From an uncultured Clostridia bacterium (lineage in GTDB: Bacteria > Aerophobota > Aerophobia > Aerophobales > AE-B3A): DNA of 64,000 nt. The stretch covers positions 4,764-68,763 of the forward strand of contig CAZIXA010000008.1 in the NCBI GenBank assembly GCA_964543295.1, written 5' to 3'. Position 1 is the first letter of the stretch. Each line of letters begins with the position of its first letter. The position numbers and the translations under genes are program-made. Shown here piece after piece: positions 28,347 to 38,320 of this stretch. The notes under the pieces were generated by a model, which was given only the letters and a program-made list of their open reading frames with translations, made no database searches and was not told the origin of the DNA.

Positions 28347-29104
28347 AGAAGGAGAGAATGACAATGATAGAAAAAAAAGTTCTGGCCATCTTTCTTGTGC
28401 TGATGGGGGTTACTCTTTCTTTCGCAGTGCGCGGAAAGACCGAAGAACTTACCCCCAAAGGGGACATCCTGCAAGAGACTATCAATCTGGTGGTGGAAAA
28501 TAACCCCACTCTTCAATCCCAGAGGAGCCTCCTGGAGCACATCCAGGCTTTACCTGATCCCGGTAGGGGTCCTGATTTCCAGCTTAGTCTGAGGGGAGGA
28601 ATAACTACCTATGCCAATACGGATACACAAGAAATCTTTACCGGTCCCACCGGGGGTGTGGGTTTAGAAGTTCCTCTGTTTAGTTTCTCTAAACGAAAAG
28701 AGCGTATAATGTACCAGCTAACCTACGCCAAGGAGCTGGAAAAAGCTAAACAGGATTATCTGGCCCTGAGAAACTCCATCATCTCAGAACTTCTCGTCAA
28801 GCTAAATAAAATGTTCCAACTCGAGAACGAAAAAAAGAAGCTGGAGGAACTCAAGTCTTTTCTTAGTTCTAACATAGAATCTTTGAAGCAACAGGTTAAA
28901 GCCGGAGTGGTAAAAGCAAGCGATCTCTGGGAACTAACCGAAAGGATTATGGATATAGAAACCAAAGTTTATAATCAGTCCAGCGAGTTGAAAATTTTGA
29001 AGCGAGAAATAGCCATCAATTTAGGAGGTGAAAAATCTGAAGAACTCCGGCAAATGTTAGAACAGCTAAGTGTCAAATATATAGAGGAGAAACAACTTGG
29101 ATAA
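28343..29104 (+). CDS. half-size TolC/OEP-like protein (paralog 2)
   Basis: own signal peptide; VENNPTLQSQRS, LEELKSFL, KQVKAG shared with paralog 1; ATGA start/stop overlap. Confidence 0.45.
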   Translation: MKKERMTMIEKKVLAIFLVLMGVTLSFAVRGKTEELTPKGDILQETINLVVENNPTLQSQRSLLEHIQALPDPGRGPDFQLSLRGGITTYANTDTQEIFTGPTGGVGLEVPLFSFSKRKERIMYQLTYAKELEKAKQDYLALRNSIISELLVKLNKMFQLENEKKKLEELKSFLSSNIESLKQQVKAGVVKASDLWELTERIMDIETKVYNQSSELKILKREIAINLGGEKSEELRQMLEQLSVKYIEEKQLG

Positions 29105-31388
29105 GAAAGAATCCCGCCTGGGGGATTACTGGAGAATTATATGGAGGAGAAAGGGGATTGTCATTCTCGGTATAGTTGCGCTGACGGCCTTCGCAGTAAC
29201 CTTGAGTTTTCTTCAAACTCCCATTTACGAAGCCTCTACTACCCTCTATCTCAAAAAGGGCAAAGCCGGCCCGGAGCAAATCGACATCTTCGGTGGAGTC
29301 TCTCTCCTTTCCACTGAAACCGAGATCAACACCCAGATAGAGATCCTCAAGTCTCACACCGTGATGGAGGAAGTGGCCCGCAGGTTATTCTTCCCTGTCA
29401 GTACTCATAAAAAAGAAACTCCTAAAAAAGAATCAGGCAAAAAGAGCGAATTTTATGGATATTTGACAAATCTCCTCACCCCAATCCTGGGTAAGTCCTC
29501 CAAGGAAGAGAAACTCGAATCTGTTTCTGAAGTAGCTGCTAGTTTAAGAGGAAGCATATCGGTGGCTCCCATACGTAGTACCCGGCTCATTACGCTTACT
29601 GCATCTTCCGATGATCCCGAGATGGCTCGACTCATCGCCAATACGACCGTCGAGGTCTTCATTGAAAGAGACATTAGCTCCCGACGAAGGGAGAGTACTG
29701 CGGCCCTTGATTTTCTCTCCCGGGAGACCGACAAGGTGGCAGAGAACCTGCGACAATCCGAGGAGAATCTGAAGAGATATAAAGAAAAAGAAGGCTTCGC
29801 GGAGCTTTCTGAGAAGGCGAGGTTAATGGTAGAACGTCTTTCGGAGCTGGAAAGTCTGCATCAAAGCACCAGAATATCCCGGGAAGAGCTCAACAACCGA
29901 CTAAGGGAGATAAGAAACCAGCTCAAAAAAGTGAGCAAGGTATGGGTCTCTTCCACCTATATCTCCGACAATCCACTGGTCCAGATGCTTAGAAGCCGTC
30001 TCACGGATCTAGAGATTAAACATGCGCAGCTCGGCAGGGAGTTCTCCTCCAATGATCCCCAGGTTACCTCCATAAAGGCCCAGATTGAGGAGACTAAGAA
30101 AGAGTTAGAACGCAAGGTTAAGACAGTAGTGGCCGGAAAGACTGAGAGTATAAGTCCCGTTTATACTGAACTTTCTACCAAATTAGTTAGCTACGAGACC
30201 GAGGTAAATGCCCTCAAGGCCAAGGAGGATGCTCTGGGAAGTTTGGCAGCCGAATATGAGAAGGAGGTAAGCAAACTTCCCCAGCAGGAGTTGGCCCTGG
30301 CCCGCCTCCAGAGATCCCAACAGGTCAATTCCGACCTCTATGCCATTTTAGTCAAGGCGAAGAACAAGGCCGAGATTGAGTCTGCCAGCGAGATCGGCAC
30401 TATCGAGGTGGTTGATCCTGCCCTCAAGCCCACCAGCCCGGTTAAGCCAAGTAAAAAACGCAATACTCTACTCGGTTTACTATCTGGCTTAATCTTGGGT
30501 GTCGGCTTGGCCTTCTTCTTGGACTACGTGGATAAAACCATCAAAACCGAGGATGAGGCCAAGAAATTGCTAAATCTTCCGATTCTGGGAGTAATCCCCA
30601 GGCCCGGTGCTGGGGGTAGCTATCGTTATATCTACTCACACCGATCCAGCCAAAAGAAAAAACGAAAAGAGACTAGAGCTAGCATCCTTGAAGAAAGAAA
30701 GACTCCCATAGAACTAATCACCCGGGATCTACCCCAATCTCACATCTCGGAAGCCTACCGGGCTCTGAGGGTTAATTTGCAGTTTGCTAGGCTCCGCCGA
30801 AAGCTAAAGACTCTGGTAGTAACCAGTTCTATTCCTCTAGAGGGCAAGACTTCCGTAGCCATAAACCTGGCTATAACTTTAGCCTCAGCTGGCGAGAAGG
30901 TTCTTCTTGCTGATGCAGATTTGAGGGCCCATAAGATCCATAAAGTTTTCAAGTTAGACGCGGCTCCCGGCCTTGCCGACCTCTTTATAGCTGAGAAAAG
31001 CCCCAAAGATGTGATACATAGTGTAGAGGGAGTGGATAATTTGGATCTTCTCACCAGTGGTTCTCTGCCTCCCAATCCCTCGGAGCTTCTGAGCTCTTCC
31101 CAGATGAAAAAGTTGATCTTAGAGCTTAAAAAAGAATATGACCGAGTACTGTTTGACTCTCCTCCTCTTCTTGGAGTAGCCGATCCCTCTATTTTGAGCT
31201 CAAATGTAGATGGCATCCTCCTGGTACTGGCAGCAAATGAAGTAGATGGACAAGCTGTCCAAAAAGCTAAAGAGTCACTTGAAAAAGTAAAAGCTCACAT
31301 TTTAGGGCTCGTTTTAAACAAAGTAAAACCTGAACACTTGGGCTACGGAAAATACTATTATTACTACTACTCCCACGATGAAGAATAG
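29097..31388 (+). CDS. wzc: Wzc-like polysaccharide co-polymerase / BY tyrosine autokinase
   Basis: 763 aa; N-terminal TM + Wzz-like coiled-coil periplasmic domain + C-terminal TM; Walker A PLEGKTSVAINLA, A' VLLADADLR, B VLFDSPP; C-terminal Tyr cluster YGKYYYYYYSHDEE. Confidence 0.8.
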   Translation: MDKKESRLGDYWRIIWRRKGIVILGIVALTAFAVTLSFLQTPIYEASTTLYLKKGKAGPEQIDIFGGVSLLSTETEINTQIEILKSHTVMEEVARRLFFPVSTHKKETPKKESGKKSEFYGYLTNLLTPILGKSSKEEKLESVSEVAASLRGSISVAPIRSTRLITLTASSDDPEMARLIANTTVEVFIERDISSRRRESTAALDFLSRETDKVAENLRQSEENLKRYKEKEGFAELSEKARLMVERLSELESLHQSTRISREELNNRLREIRNQLKKVSKVWVSSTYISDNPLVQMLRSRLTDLEIKHAQLGREFSSNDPQVTSIKAQIEETKKELERKVKTVVAGKTESISPVYTELSTKLVSYETEVNALKAKEDALGSLAAEYEKEVSKLPQQELALARLQRSQQVNSDLYAILVKAKNKAEIESASEIGTIEVVDPALKPTSPVKPSKKRNTLLGLLSGLILGVGLAFFLDYVDKTIKTEDEAKKLLNLPILGVIPRPGAGGSYRYIYSHRSSQKKKRKETRASILEERKTPIELITRDLPQSHISEAYRALRVNLQFARLRRKLKTLVVTSSIPLEGKTSVAINLAITLASAGEKVLLADADLRAHKIHKVFKLDAAPGLADLFIAEKSPKDVIHSVEGVDNLDLLTSGSLPPNPSELLSSSQMKKLILELKKEYDRVLFDSPPLLGVADPSILSSNVDGILLVLAANEVDGQAVQKAKESLEKVKAHILGLVLNKVKPEHLGYGKYYYYYYSHDEE

Positions 31389-31398
31389 AATTAACAAA

Positions 31399-31500
31399 AT
31401 GAAGGTAATGACCATCTTTGGCACCCGTCCCGAGACTAATAAAGATGGCTCCAATGATACCATCATCGATGCTCTACTTATGATCTCCCTTTTCCCATAA
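31399..31500 (+). pseudogene. UDP-GlcNAc 2-epimerase (wecB-like) N-terminal remnant
   Basis: MKVMTIFGTRPE then frame decays. Confidence 0.45.
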
Positions 31501-31533
31501 TCCAATATTGACACAGGTTATAAATTTCCGGAG

Positions 31534-31761
31534 ATGTATGAGTTTAGAGATAGGTTAGTGAAAGAACGGGATCTGGATTTAATGGTGGCCAAAAATGAGA
31601 AGACAATAAAGAAAGGTATGGGTCCAGGAAAAGGAAAATTTGAATGCTGTACCAGATTAAAGACTCAAGCCTTAAAGACGATATTAGAAAAATATAATTT
31701 TGATGCCCTATTCCTAGCCATAGGAAGAGATGAACACGGGATAAGGGCCAAGGAGAGATAG
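31534..31761 (+). pseudogene. PAPS-reductase/CysD-family fragment
   Basis: 75-aa ORF ending ..NFDALFLAIGRDEHGIRAKER resembling CysD FDAAF.G.RRDE..SRAKER. Confidence 0.35.
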
Positions 31762-32260
31762 ACGAGATAGTAGGCGGAATTTCACAGGGAATGGACGACA
31801 ATGATTGTCTAACAATGCTTTTCGACGATGGCCTTGAATTACTAGATAAACATATAAATATCAATTATTTCCTGGAGGAGAAGGGATAAATATAAGGGCC
31901 AAAAGCCTGGGGGGAAAGACGTCTATGCCGGTAAACTACACAGGGCGATGCTTTTTACAAAATTCGGCAGAAAGCCCCACGCCTTGGCCTTGGGGATGAA
32001 TGGCGAGAGTTATTAGGGGGTGAAACCCCGTAATTCTTGCTTTTTAGGATACTCTATCCCTTGTGGGCCGGGAGGATGTCGCTCGTAAAAGGCATGTTTG
32101 ACAAGCACATAGTTCCTGCCAGTCCCTGCGTAACCGATGTAATTGAGGTAATAGATAGAATTAGAGAATCATAAGATTAAACTTGTTTTTTGATTTTGAC
32201 TTTGTTTTTACCTAGGATCTAAGACATCGGACTTCGGACAAGGTTTTTCCAGAAGTTTGA

Positions 32261-32380
32261 ATGCAAAAGATTATGCCAGTCATCAGTACTCGCCCAGAGG
32301 CCATCAAATTAGCCCCGGTGATAAAGGAAGTGGAAAGATATCCAAAAATTCGAGAGAAGTTTTTCTTTAAGAAGGGATGA
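32261..32380 (+). pseudogene. second wecB-like N-terminal remnant
   Basis: MQKIMPVISTRPEAIKLAPVIKEVERYPKIREKF then stop. Confidence 0.5.
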
Positions 32381-32428
32381 GGTAAAAATTGTCGAGCTTG
32401 CTAAAGTTGTCAGGGTAAACGAAGAAAG

Positions 32429-33367
32429 ATGAAGATGTTTGTTACTGGAGGGGCGGGATTTATAGGCTCCCATGTTGTAGATGCGTTGATACAGAGAGGT
32501 AACAAAGTTATTGTTTATGACAATCTTAGTTCTGGCAAGAAAGACTTTATGAGTCAGCATTTTGGCAGAAGAGAATTTAAATTTATCCAGGCGGATCTTT
32601 CAGACATAGAAAAACTAAAAAATGTAATGAGAGGTTGTGAATGCATTTTTCACTTTGCTTCCAATCCTGATATAGCCAGAAGCATGGTAGAAACAGATCT
32701 AGACTTACGAGAAGGTACTATCCTGACCTACAATGTCCTTGAGGCAATGAGAGTTAATAATGTGAGAAAGATACTCTATTCTTCTGGAAGTGGAGTTTAT
32801 GGAGATGTTGGGGCTGTAGCTATTCCAGAGGATTACGGCCCCTTACTTCCCATATCTATGTATGGGGCAAGTAAACTAGCATGTGAGGGAATGGTAAGTG
32901 CTTTTTGTCATATGTTCAATATGCAGGCGTGGATATTTAGATTTGCCAATGTCGTAGGAGCTCGGCAAACTCATGGCGTTTGCCTTGATTTTATAAGAAA
33001 ACTAAAGAAAAATCCCCAACAATTAGAAATCCTCGGTGACGGTACTCAGTCCAAATCCTATATCTATGTGAGAGATTGCCTGGAGGCGATGTTGTTCATT
33101 ATGCAGGAAGCTAATGAAAAAGTTAATATTTATAACGTTGCCACTGATGATTATCTAGATGTAACCTATATAGCTAATATAGTGATTGAGGAAATGGGCT
33201 TGAACAGTGTGCAATATAAATATACCGGCAGTGATAGAGGTTGGAAGGGAGATGTTCCCCTGGTAAGGTTTAATTTGAATAAGGTCCATAAATTAGGCTG
33301 GAAAGCTAGATATACATCTTCTGAGGCGGTACGTCTTTCTGTGAAAGAGATATTAAGATTGGATTAA
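32429..33367 (+). CDS. NAD-dependent sugar-nucleotide epimerase/dehydratase (SDR)
   Basis: GGAGFIGSH Rossmann, YGASK (YxxxK). Confidence 0.75.
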   Translation: MKMFVTGGAGFIGSHVVDALIQRGNKVIVYDNLSSGKKDFMSQHFGRREFKFIQADLSDIEKLKNVMRGCECIFHFASNPDIARSMVETDLDLREGTILTYNVLEAMRVNNVRKILYSSGSGVYGDVGAVAIPEDYGPLLPISMYGASKLACEGMVSAFCHMFNMQAWIFRFANVVGARQTHGVCLDFIRKLKKNPQQLEILGDGTQSKSYIYVRDCLEAMLFIMQEANEKVNIYNVATDDYLDVTYIANIVIEEMGLNSVQYKYTGSDRGWKGDVPLVRFNLNKVHKLGWKARYTSSEAVRLSVKEILRLD

Positions 33368-33370
33368 GAT

Positions 33371-34078
33371 ATGCAGGTCGTGATACTTGCAGGGGGATTA
33401 GCTACAAGATTAAGACCTTTAACGGAAAGAGTTCCCAAATCTATGATTCGCATAAATGAGAAACCTTTTCTTGAGTATCAAATCGAACTTCTTAAGAAGA
33501 ATAGAATTACTAATGTTCTTCTTTGCACTGGTCACTTAGGTAGCCAGATTAAAGATTATTTTGTTGATGGGGAAAAATTTGGGGTGAGGTTAGAGTATAG
33601 CGAGGAAAAAGAGGAGCTATTAGGCACGGGAGGAGCTTTAAAAAAAGCGAAAAATCTTCTTGAGGATGAGTTCTTTGTTATGTACGGGGACTCCTACCTC
33701 ATCCTTGATTATCAAGAAATAGCCGGCTATTTTCATAAGTTTAATAAACTAGGCTTAATGGTAGTTTACAAGAACTATAATGAATTTGATAAAAGTAACG
33801 TAGTGGTCAAAAATGGATTTGTCAAACTCTATGACAAAAGAGATTCAAGCCCTGAAATGATCTATATAGATGAAGGGATTTCTATCTTAAGAAAGGAGAT
33901 TCTGTCTGATTTTCCCTCCCATACTCCCTTTCTTCTCGATAAAATCTTTCAAAGGCTTATATCAAAAGGAGAGCTTTTGGCTTTCGAGACTAAACAGCGT
34001 TTCTTTGAAATAGGTTCTTCAGAAGGGTTGAGTGATTTCAAAAAACTAATATTGAAAAAGGAGGGCATTCCTGGATGA
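33371..34078 (+). CDS. hddC: D-glycero-alpha-D-manno-heptose 1-phosphate guanylyltransferase-like nucleotidyltransferase
   Basis: VVILAGGLATRLRPLT N-terminus; context with hddA/gmhA/gmhB. Confidence 0.6.
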   Translation: MQVVILAGGLATRLRPLTERVPKSMIRINEKPFLEYQIELLKKNRITNVLLCTGHLGSQIKDYFVDGEKFGVRLEYSEEKEELLGTGGALKKAKNLLEDEFFVMYGDSYLILDYQEIAGYFHKFNKLGLMVVYKNYNEFDKSNVVVKNGFVKLYDKRDSSPEMIYIDEGISILRKEILSDFPSHTPFLLDKIFQRLISKGELLAFETKQRFFEIGSSEGLSDFKKLILKKEGIPG

Positions 34079-35058
34079 TTATAACCAGAACGCCGGTGAG
34101 GATTTCTCTGGGTGGTGGGGGGACAGATCTAGCCTCTTATTATTCTAAACACGGAGGCTTTTTGGTTGCCGTAGCTATAGATAAGCATATTTTTGTCACG
34201 GTTAACAAGCGATTTGAGGATAGTTTTCGCATCAGCTACTCAAAGACTGAGATTGTAGATAACATTAAGGAGATACGACATCCCATTGTCAGGGAAGGAT
34301 TAAGATTACTTGACTATGAGAGAGGACTGGAGATAACTACCATTGCCGATGTTCCGGCCAATACCGGCCTGGGAACCTCTAGCAGTTTTACCGTTGGCCT
34401 ACTGAATGCTTTGCATACCTATAAGAGGGAATCTATCACTATGAAGGCTTTAGCCGAAGAGGCCTGTAAGATTGAAATAGATATTTTAAAAGAGCCCATA
34501 GGAAAACAAGACCAGTATATGGCTGCCTTTGGTGGAATCGTCTGCCTTACTTTTGATAAGAATGGTGAGGTTACAGTGACGCCCCTGAATATCTCTCCTG
34601 ATACCATAGATGAATTAGAAAGACATATTATGCTCTTTTATACCGGTATCAGAAGAAATACTGCGGATGTTCTTTCCGAACAGAATAAAGCAAGCGAAAA
34701 AGACGATAGAAAAGTAATAGACTGCCTGCACGGGATTAAGAAGATTGGAGAAGAAGTCAAGGTAGCCTTAGAATCTGGCAATGTGCGTCGGTTTGGCGAG
34801 CTCTTGGATCTTCACTGGCAGACCAAGAAAAACATATCTAATAAAGTGAGCAGACCTGAGATTGATAAATGGTATGCCTTAGCCAGGGAGAACGGCGCTC
34901 TGGGAGGAAAGATTATGGGTGCCGGGGGAGGGGGATTTTTTATGTTCTACGTAGAGGACGATAAAAATAGACTCAGGCAGGCTATGAAACGAGAGGACTT
35001 AAGGGAGATGCGGTTTAAGTTTGATTTGGAGGGATCGAAAGTATTGGTCAATTTCTAG
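34075..35058 (+). CDS. hddA: GHMP kinase, D-glycero-D-manno-heptose 7-phosphate kinase-like
   Basis: RTPVRISLGGGGTDL, GLGTSSS GHMP motif. Confidence 0.65.
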   Translation: MIITRTPVRISLGGGGTDLASYYSKHGGFLVAVAIDKHIFVTVNKRFEDSFRISYSKTEIVDNIKEIRHPIVREGLRLLDYERGLEITTIADVPANTGLGTSSSFTVGLLNALHTYKRESITMKALAEEACKIEIDILKEPIGKQDQYMAAFGGIVCLTFDKNGEVTVTPLNISPDTIDELERHIMLFYTGIRRNTADVLSEQNKASEKDDRKVIDCLHGIKKIGEEVKVALESGNVRRFGELLDLHWQTKKNISNKVSRPEIDKWYALARENGALGGKIMGAGGGGFFMFYVEDDKNRLRQAMKREDLREMRFKFDLEGSKVLVNF

Positions 35059-35072
35059 TCTGGAGGTGGAAA

Positions 35073-35690
35073 ATGGGAAAAAAGGTCAAGGATTATATTG
35101 ATGAGTATTTTTCCAAGATGAATAATTTAATACGGGAAATGCCTGAGGATAAAATTGAGGAAGCGATTGAAACTTTATACAATGCCTGGGAGAAAAATGC
35201 TCAGATATTCATTATGGGAAATGGAGGTTCTGCTTCCACAGCCTCGCACTTTACCTGTGATCTGGCTAAGGGGACAATTGTGGAAGATAAAAAGCGATTC
35301 AAGGTGATTAGTTTAGTAGATAATATTCCTCTTGTTAGCTCCTGGACAAATGATAGCGGATTTGGTTCCATTTTTGCGGAACTGCTTAGACCCTGGCTCA
35401 AAGAAGGCGATGTTCTTATAGGTGTGTCCGTGCATGGAGGCTCTGGCAAAGGTGAGGCTGGACCCTGGTCACAGAATCTGGTAAAAGCTATGAATTTAGC
35501 TAAAAAAAGAAAGGCAAAGATTATTGGTTTCAGTGGCTTTGGTGGTGGAGCAATGAAAGAGATGGCTGATATTTGTATCACCATACCCATTAATTCTGAG
35601 CCCTTAGGGACACCTCTGGTGGAGTCCTTTCATGTAGTGCTCCATCATTTAGTTTGCTCTGCCCTAAAGCAGAAAATTGAGAATAGCTAA
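35073..35690 (+). CDS. gmhA: SIS-domain phosphoheptose isomerase
   Basis: GNGGSASTASHFTCDL. Confidence 0.7.
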   Translation: MGKKVKDYIDEYFSKMNNLIREMPEDKIEEAIETLYNAWEKNAQIFIMGNGGSASTASHFTCDLAKGTIVEDKKRFKVISLVDNIPLVSSWTNDSGFGSIFAELLRPWLKEGDVLIGVSVHGGSGKGEAGPWSQNLVKAMNLAKKRKAKIIGFSGFGGGAMKEMADICITIPINSEPLGTPLVESFHVVLHHLVCSALKQKIENS

Positions 35691-36283
35691 TGAATAAAGC
35701 AGTATTCCTCGATCGTGATGGTGTAATCAATGCTATGGTTTATGATGCCGATTATGGATTTGTTGATTCACCAACCAATCCAGATCAGTTTAAACTTTTA
35801 CCCAGAGTAGGTGAGGCAATTAAGCGCATCAATGAAATGGGATTTCTGGCTCTAGTCATCTCCAATCAGCCCGGCATTGCCAAGGGTAAATTCACCCTTA
35901 AAATATTAGAAGCAATGGATAAAAAGATGAAAGAGGAACTGGCCCGATATGGTGCTCACCTGGATAAAATATATTATTGCCTCGATTATCCAGAGGCTAT
36001 TATAAAAGAATATAAAAAGAATTCTCCTTATCGCAAGCCAGAGCCAGGATTGCTGTTGAAAGCAGCCGAGGAGTTCAAGATAGATCTAAGATCTTCTTAT
36101 ATGATTGGTGACGGGCTCATTGATGTTCAGGCAGGAAAGAGGGCTGGGTGTGAGACTATTCTTTTAGGAAGACTAAAGTGTGATTTATGTAAATTGATGG
36201 AAGACCTAAAGGCAAAGCCAAGCTTTATTGTGCCCAATTTGGCCAAAGCAGTGAAATTAATAGAAAAACTGGAAGGAGAATGA
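35690..36283 (+). CDS. gmhB: HAD-family D,D-heptose 1,7-bisphosphate phosphatase
   Basis: FLDRDGVIN motif I, isnqpg..kg, GDGLIDVQAG. Confidence 0.65.
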   Translation: MNKAVFLDRDGVINAMVYDADYGFVDSPTNPDQFKLLPRVGEAIKRINEMGFLALVISNQPGIAKGKFTLKILEAMDKKMKEELARYGAHLDKIYYCLDYPEAIIKEYKKNSPYRKPEPGLLLKAAEEFKIDLRSSYMIGDGLIDVQAGKRAGCETILLGRLKCDLCKLMEDLKAKPSFIVPNLAKAVKLIEKLEGE

Positions 36284-36284
36284 G

Positions 36285-37019
36285 GTGAAGATATTTATTG
36301 ACAGCGCAGATCTAAAAGAGATAGAAAAGTATCTTTCCTGGGGTATTTGTGATGGGGTAACAACCAACCCTACTATTTGCTTAAAATGTGGAGTCACTGG
36401 AGGAACGAAGGGAATAAAAAAAAGAACAATAGAAATTGCTAAGATGATTCATCCTCGTCCGGTAAGTGCTGAGGTAACCAATGATAAAGTTGAAGAAATC
36501 ATTTCTCAAGCTACAGAATATAGCAGGTGGGCGGAGAACATCGCGGTAAAAGTTACCATCACTGATAGACAAGGTAACTCTCTTTTGCGTGCCATTTATG
36601 AGTTAGTTAGCCAGGGAGTGCGGGTTAATGTGACCACAATGACAACTTTTAATCAGGCAATTTTGGCCGCCAAAGTAATTAAAGCAGGCCAGGAAAAGAA
36701 TCCAGGGGTAAAAAATCCAAATTTTATTAGTATTTTTGCCGGACGGATTTCGGAAGAACATGGTGTGGAACAAGCTATGCGAGTGCTAAAAAATACTCGG
36801 GAATGGCTAGATTTTCATAAGTTCGAGGGAATAGAAATTATTGTTGGTTCTGTAAGGAGCCGGGAGAATGTAGAATTATGGTCTCGAAGTGGAGCGCATA
36901 TTCTCACCATACCTCCTCAGGTAATTTCTCAATGTCTTCTAGCCGCCCGAACCAAAGAGACTGTAGATCAGTTTTTAACCGATGCCCAAAGAGCACTGGA
37001 AGGACTAAGGGACAGATAA
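36285..37019 (+). CDS. transaldolase/fructose-6-phosphate aldolase family protein (sedoheptulose-7-P supply)
   Basis: MKIFIDSADLKEIEK..DGVTTNPT signature. Confidence 0.6.
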   Translation: MKIFIDSADLKEIEKYLSWGICDGVTTNPTICLKCGVTGGTKGIKKRTIEIAKMIHPRPVSAEVTNDKVEEIISQATEYSRWAENIAVKVTITDRQGNSLLRAIYELVSQGVRVNVTTMTTFNQAILAAKVIKAGQEKNPGVKNPNFISIFAGRISEEHGVEQAMRVLKNTREWLDFHKFEGIEIIVGSVRSRENVELWSRSGAHILTIPPQVISQCLLAARTKETVDQFLTDAQRALEGLRDR

Positions 37020-37024
37020 GTTTT

Positions 37025-38314
37025 ATGAAGATAGGAATATTAGGAGGAGGACTGACAGGGCTAACCATAGCCCTCCACCTTCAAACTGATTTCGACGTTT
37101 TAGAGAAAAATGAGGAGTGTGGTGGTCTATGTAGGAGTATGCAGGAAGAAGGTTTTACCTTCGATTATGGAGGAGCTCATATTATCTTTTCTAGAAATAG
37201 AGAGCCCATCGATTTTATGGTAAAGACACTCGATGGGAATTGTGTCCGAGGGAGAAGAAATAATAAGATTTTTTTCAAAGGTAGATATATCAACTATCCT
37301 TTTGAAAATGGCTTATCAGATCTACCCAAAGAGGACAACTTTGAATGTCTTTATTACTATCTAAAGAATGACTCACCCCAACCTACTAACTTCAAGGAAT
37401 GGCTTTACTATACATTTGGGAAAGGAATCGCCGAAAAATATCTCATCCCCTATAATGAGAAGATCTGGAATTATCCTGTAGAAAAGATGAGTCTTCATTG
37501 GGTCGAAGGAAGAGTCCCTAAGCCTCCCTTAGAAGATGTAATCAAATCAGCTATTGGAATTAAGACAGAAGGCTACAAGCATCAACTCTATTTTTACTAT
37601 CCTGAATATGGGGGGATACAGGCCTTAATTAAAGCTATGGGAAATAAAATTTCCCATAATATTCTTAAGAATTTTGAGATTAAGAAAATAAGAAAAATAG
37701 GTAAAAAATGGATAGTTTGTACCGGCAAAGAGGAAAGAGAGTATGATAAATTAGTCTCCACAGTTCCCATTTTTGATTTGATTAGATCTTTAAATAATGT
37801 GCCCGAAGAGGTAGAAAACGCACTAAGCAAGCTAAGGTATAACTCATTAATAACAGTTATGATCGGTTTGGATGTGAATAACCTGTCAGATTTTACTGCT
37901 ATGTATTTTCGAGATGCAAAAGTTAAATTTCACCGTGTTGGATTCCCTAAGTGCTTTAGCCAACGTAATGTCCCTCCAAAAAAATCTTCATTATTAGCGG
38001 AAATTACCTCAAATCCAGGAGATAGAATCTGGGAATTGAGTAACAAAGAAATTATTGATGATGTTATTGAAGAGCTTCATAACCTAAATATAATTAACAG
38101 AAATACACTGTGCTACTCCAAAGCGATGAGATCAAAATATGCCTATGTGGTGTATGATCTGGATTATTCCAGGAACATTAAGATAATCAAGGACTACGTA
38201 GCTAAACAAGGCATTATCTTATGTGGTCGATTTGCTGAGTTCGAGTATCTAAATATGGATGCTTGTGTGGAGAGAGGACTGGAAATTGCTAAGTTGATGC
38301 ACAAGTCTATGTAG
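37025..38314 (+). CDS. glf: UDP-galactopyranose mutase
   Basis: MKIGILGGGLTGLTIA FAD fold; start at ATG 37025, not the upstream in-frame 36878 of the ORF track. Confidence 0.65.
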   Translation: MKIGILGGGLTGLTIALHLQTDFDVLEKNEECGGLCRSMQEEGFTFDYGGAHIIFSRNREPIDFMVKTLDGNCVRGRRNNKIFFKGRYINYPFENGLSDLPKEDNFECLYYYLKNDSPQPTNFKEWLYYTFGKGIAEKYLIPYNEKIWNYPVEKMSLHWVEGRVPKPPLEDVIKSAIGIKTEGYKHQLYFYYPEYGGIQALIKAMGNKISHNILKNFEIKKIRKIGKKWIVCTGKEEREYDKLVSTVPIFDLIRSLNNVPEEVENALSKLRYNSLITVMIGLDVNNLSDFTAMYFRDAKVKFHRVGFPKCFSQRNVPPKKSSLLAEITSNPGDRIWELSNKEIIDDVIEELHNLNIINRNTLCYSKAMRSKYAYVVYDLDYSRNIKIIKDYVAKQGIILCGRFAEFEYLNMDACVERGLEIAKLMHKSM

Positions 38315-38320
38315 GGACAC

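Noticed and set aside
27669-29104. Interpreting the two OEP-like genes as one frameshifted tolC-like pseudogene
   Set aside because: The second ORF has its own N-terminal signal/TM segment (LAIFLVLMGVTLSFAV) and a proper ATG overlapping the first stop. That looks like two genuine genes rather than a frameshift. Reported as a split-OMF hypothesis instead.
36878-37024. N-terminal extension of the glf ORF (MVSKWSAYSHHTSS...)
   Set aside because: It overlaps the transaldolase gene out of frame. The FAD-binding MKIGILGGG begins at ATG 37025 right after the upstream stop.
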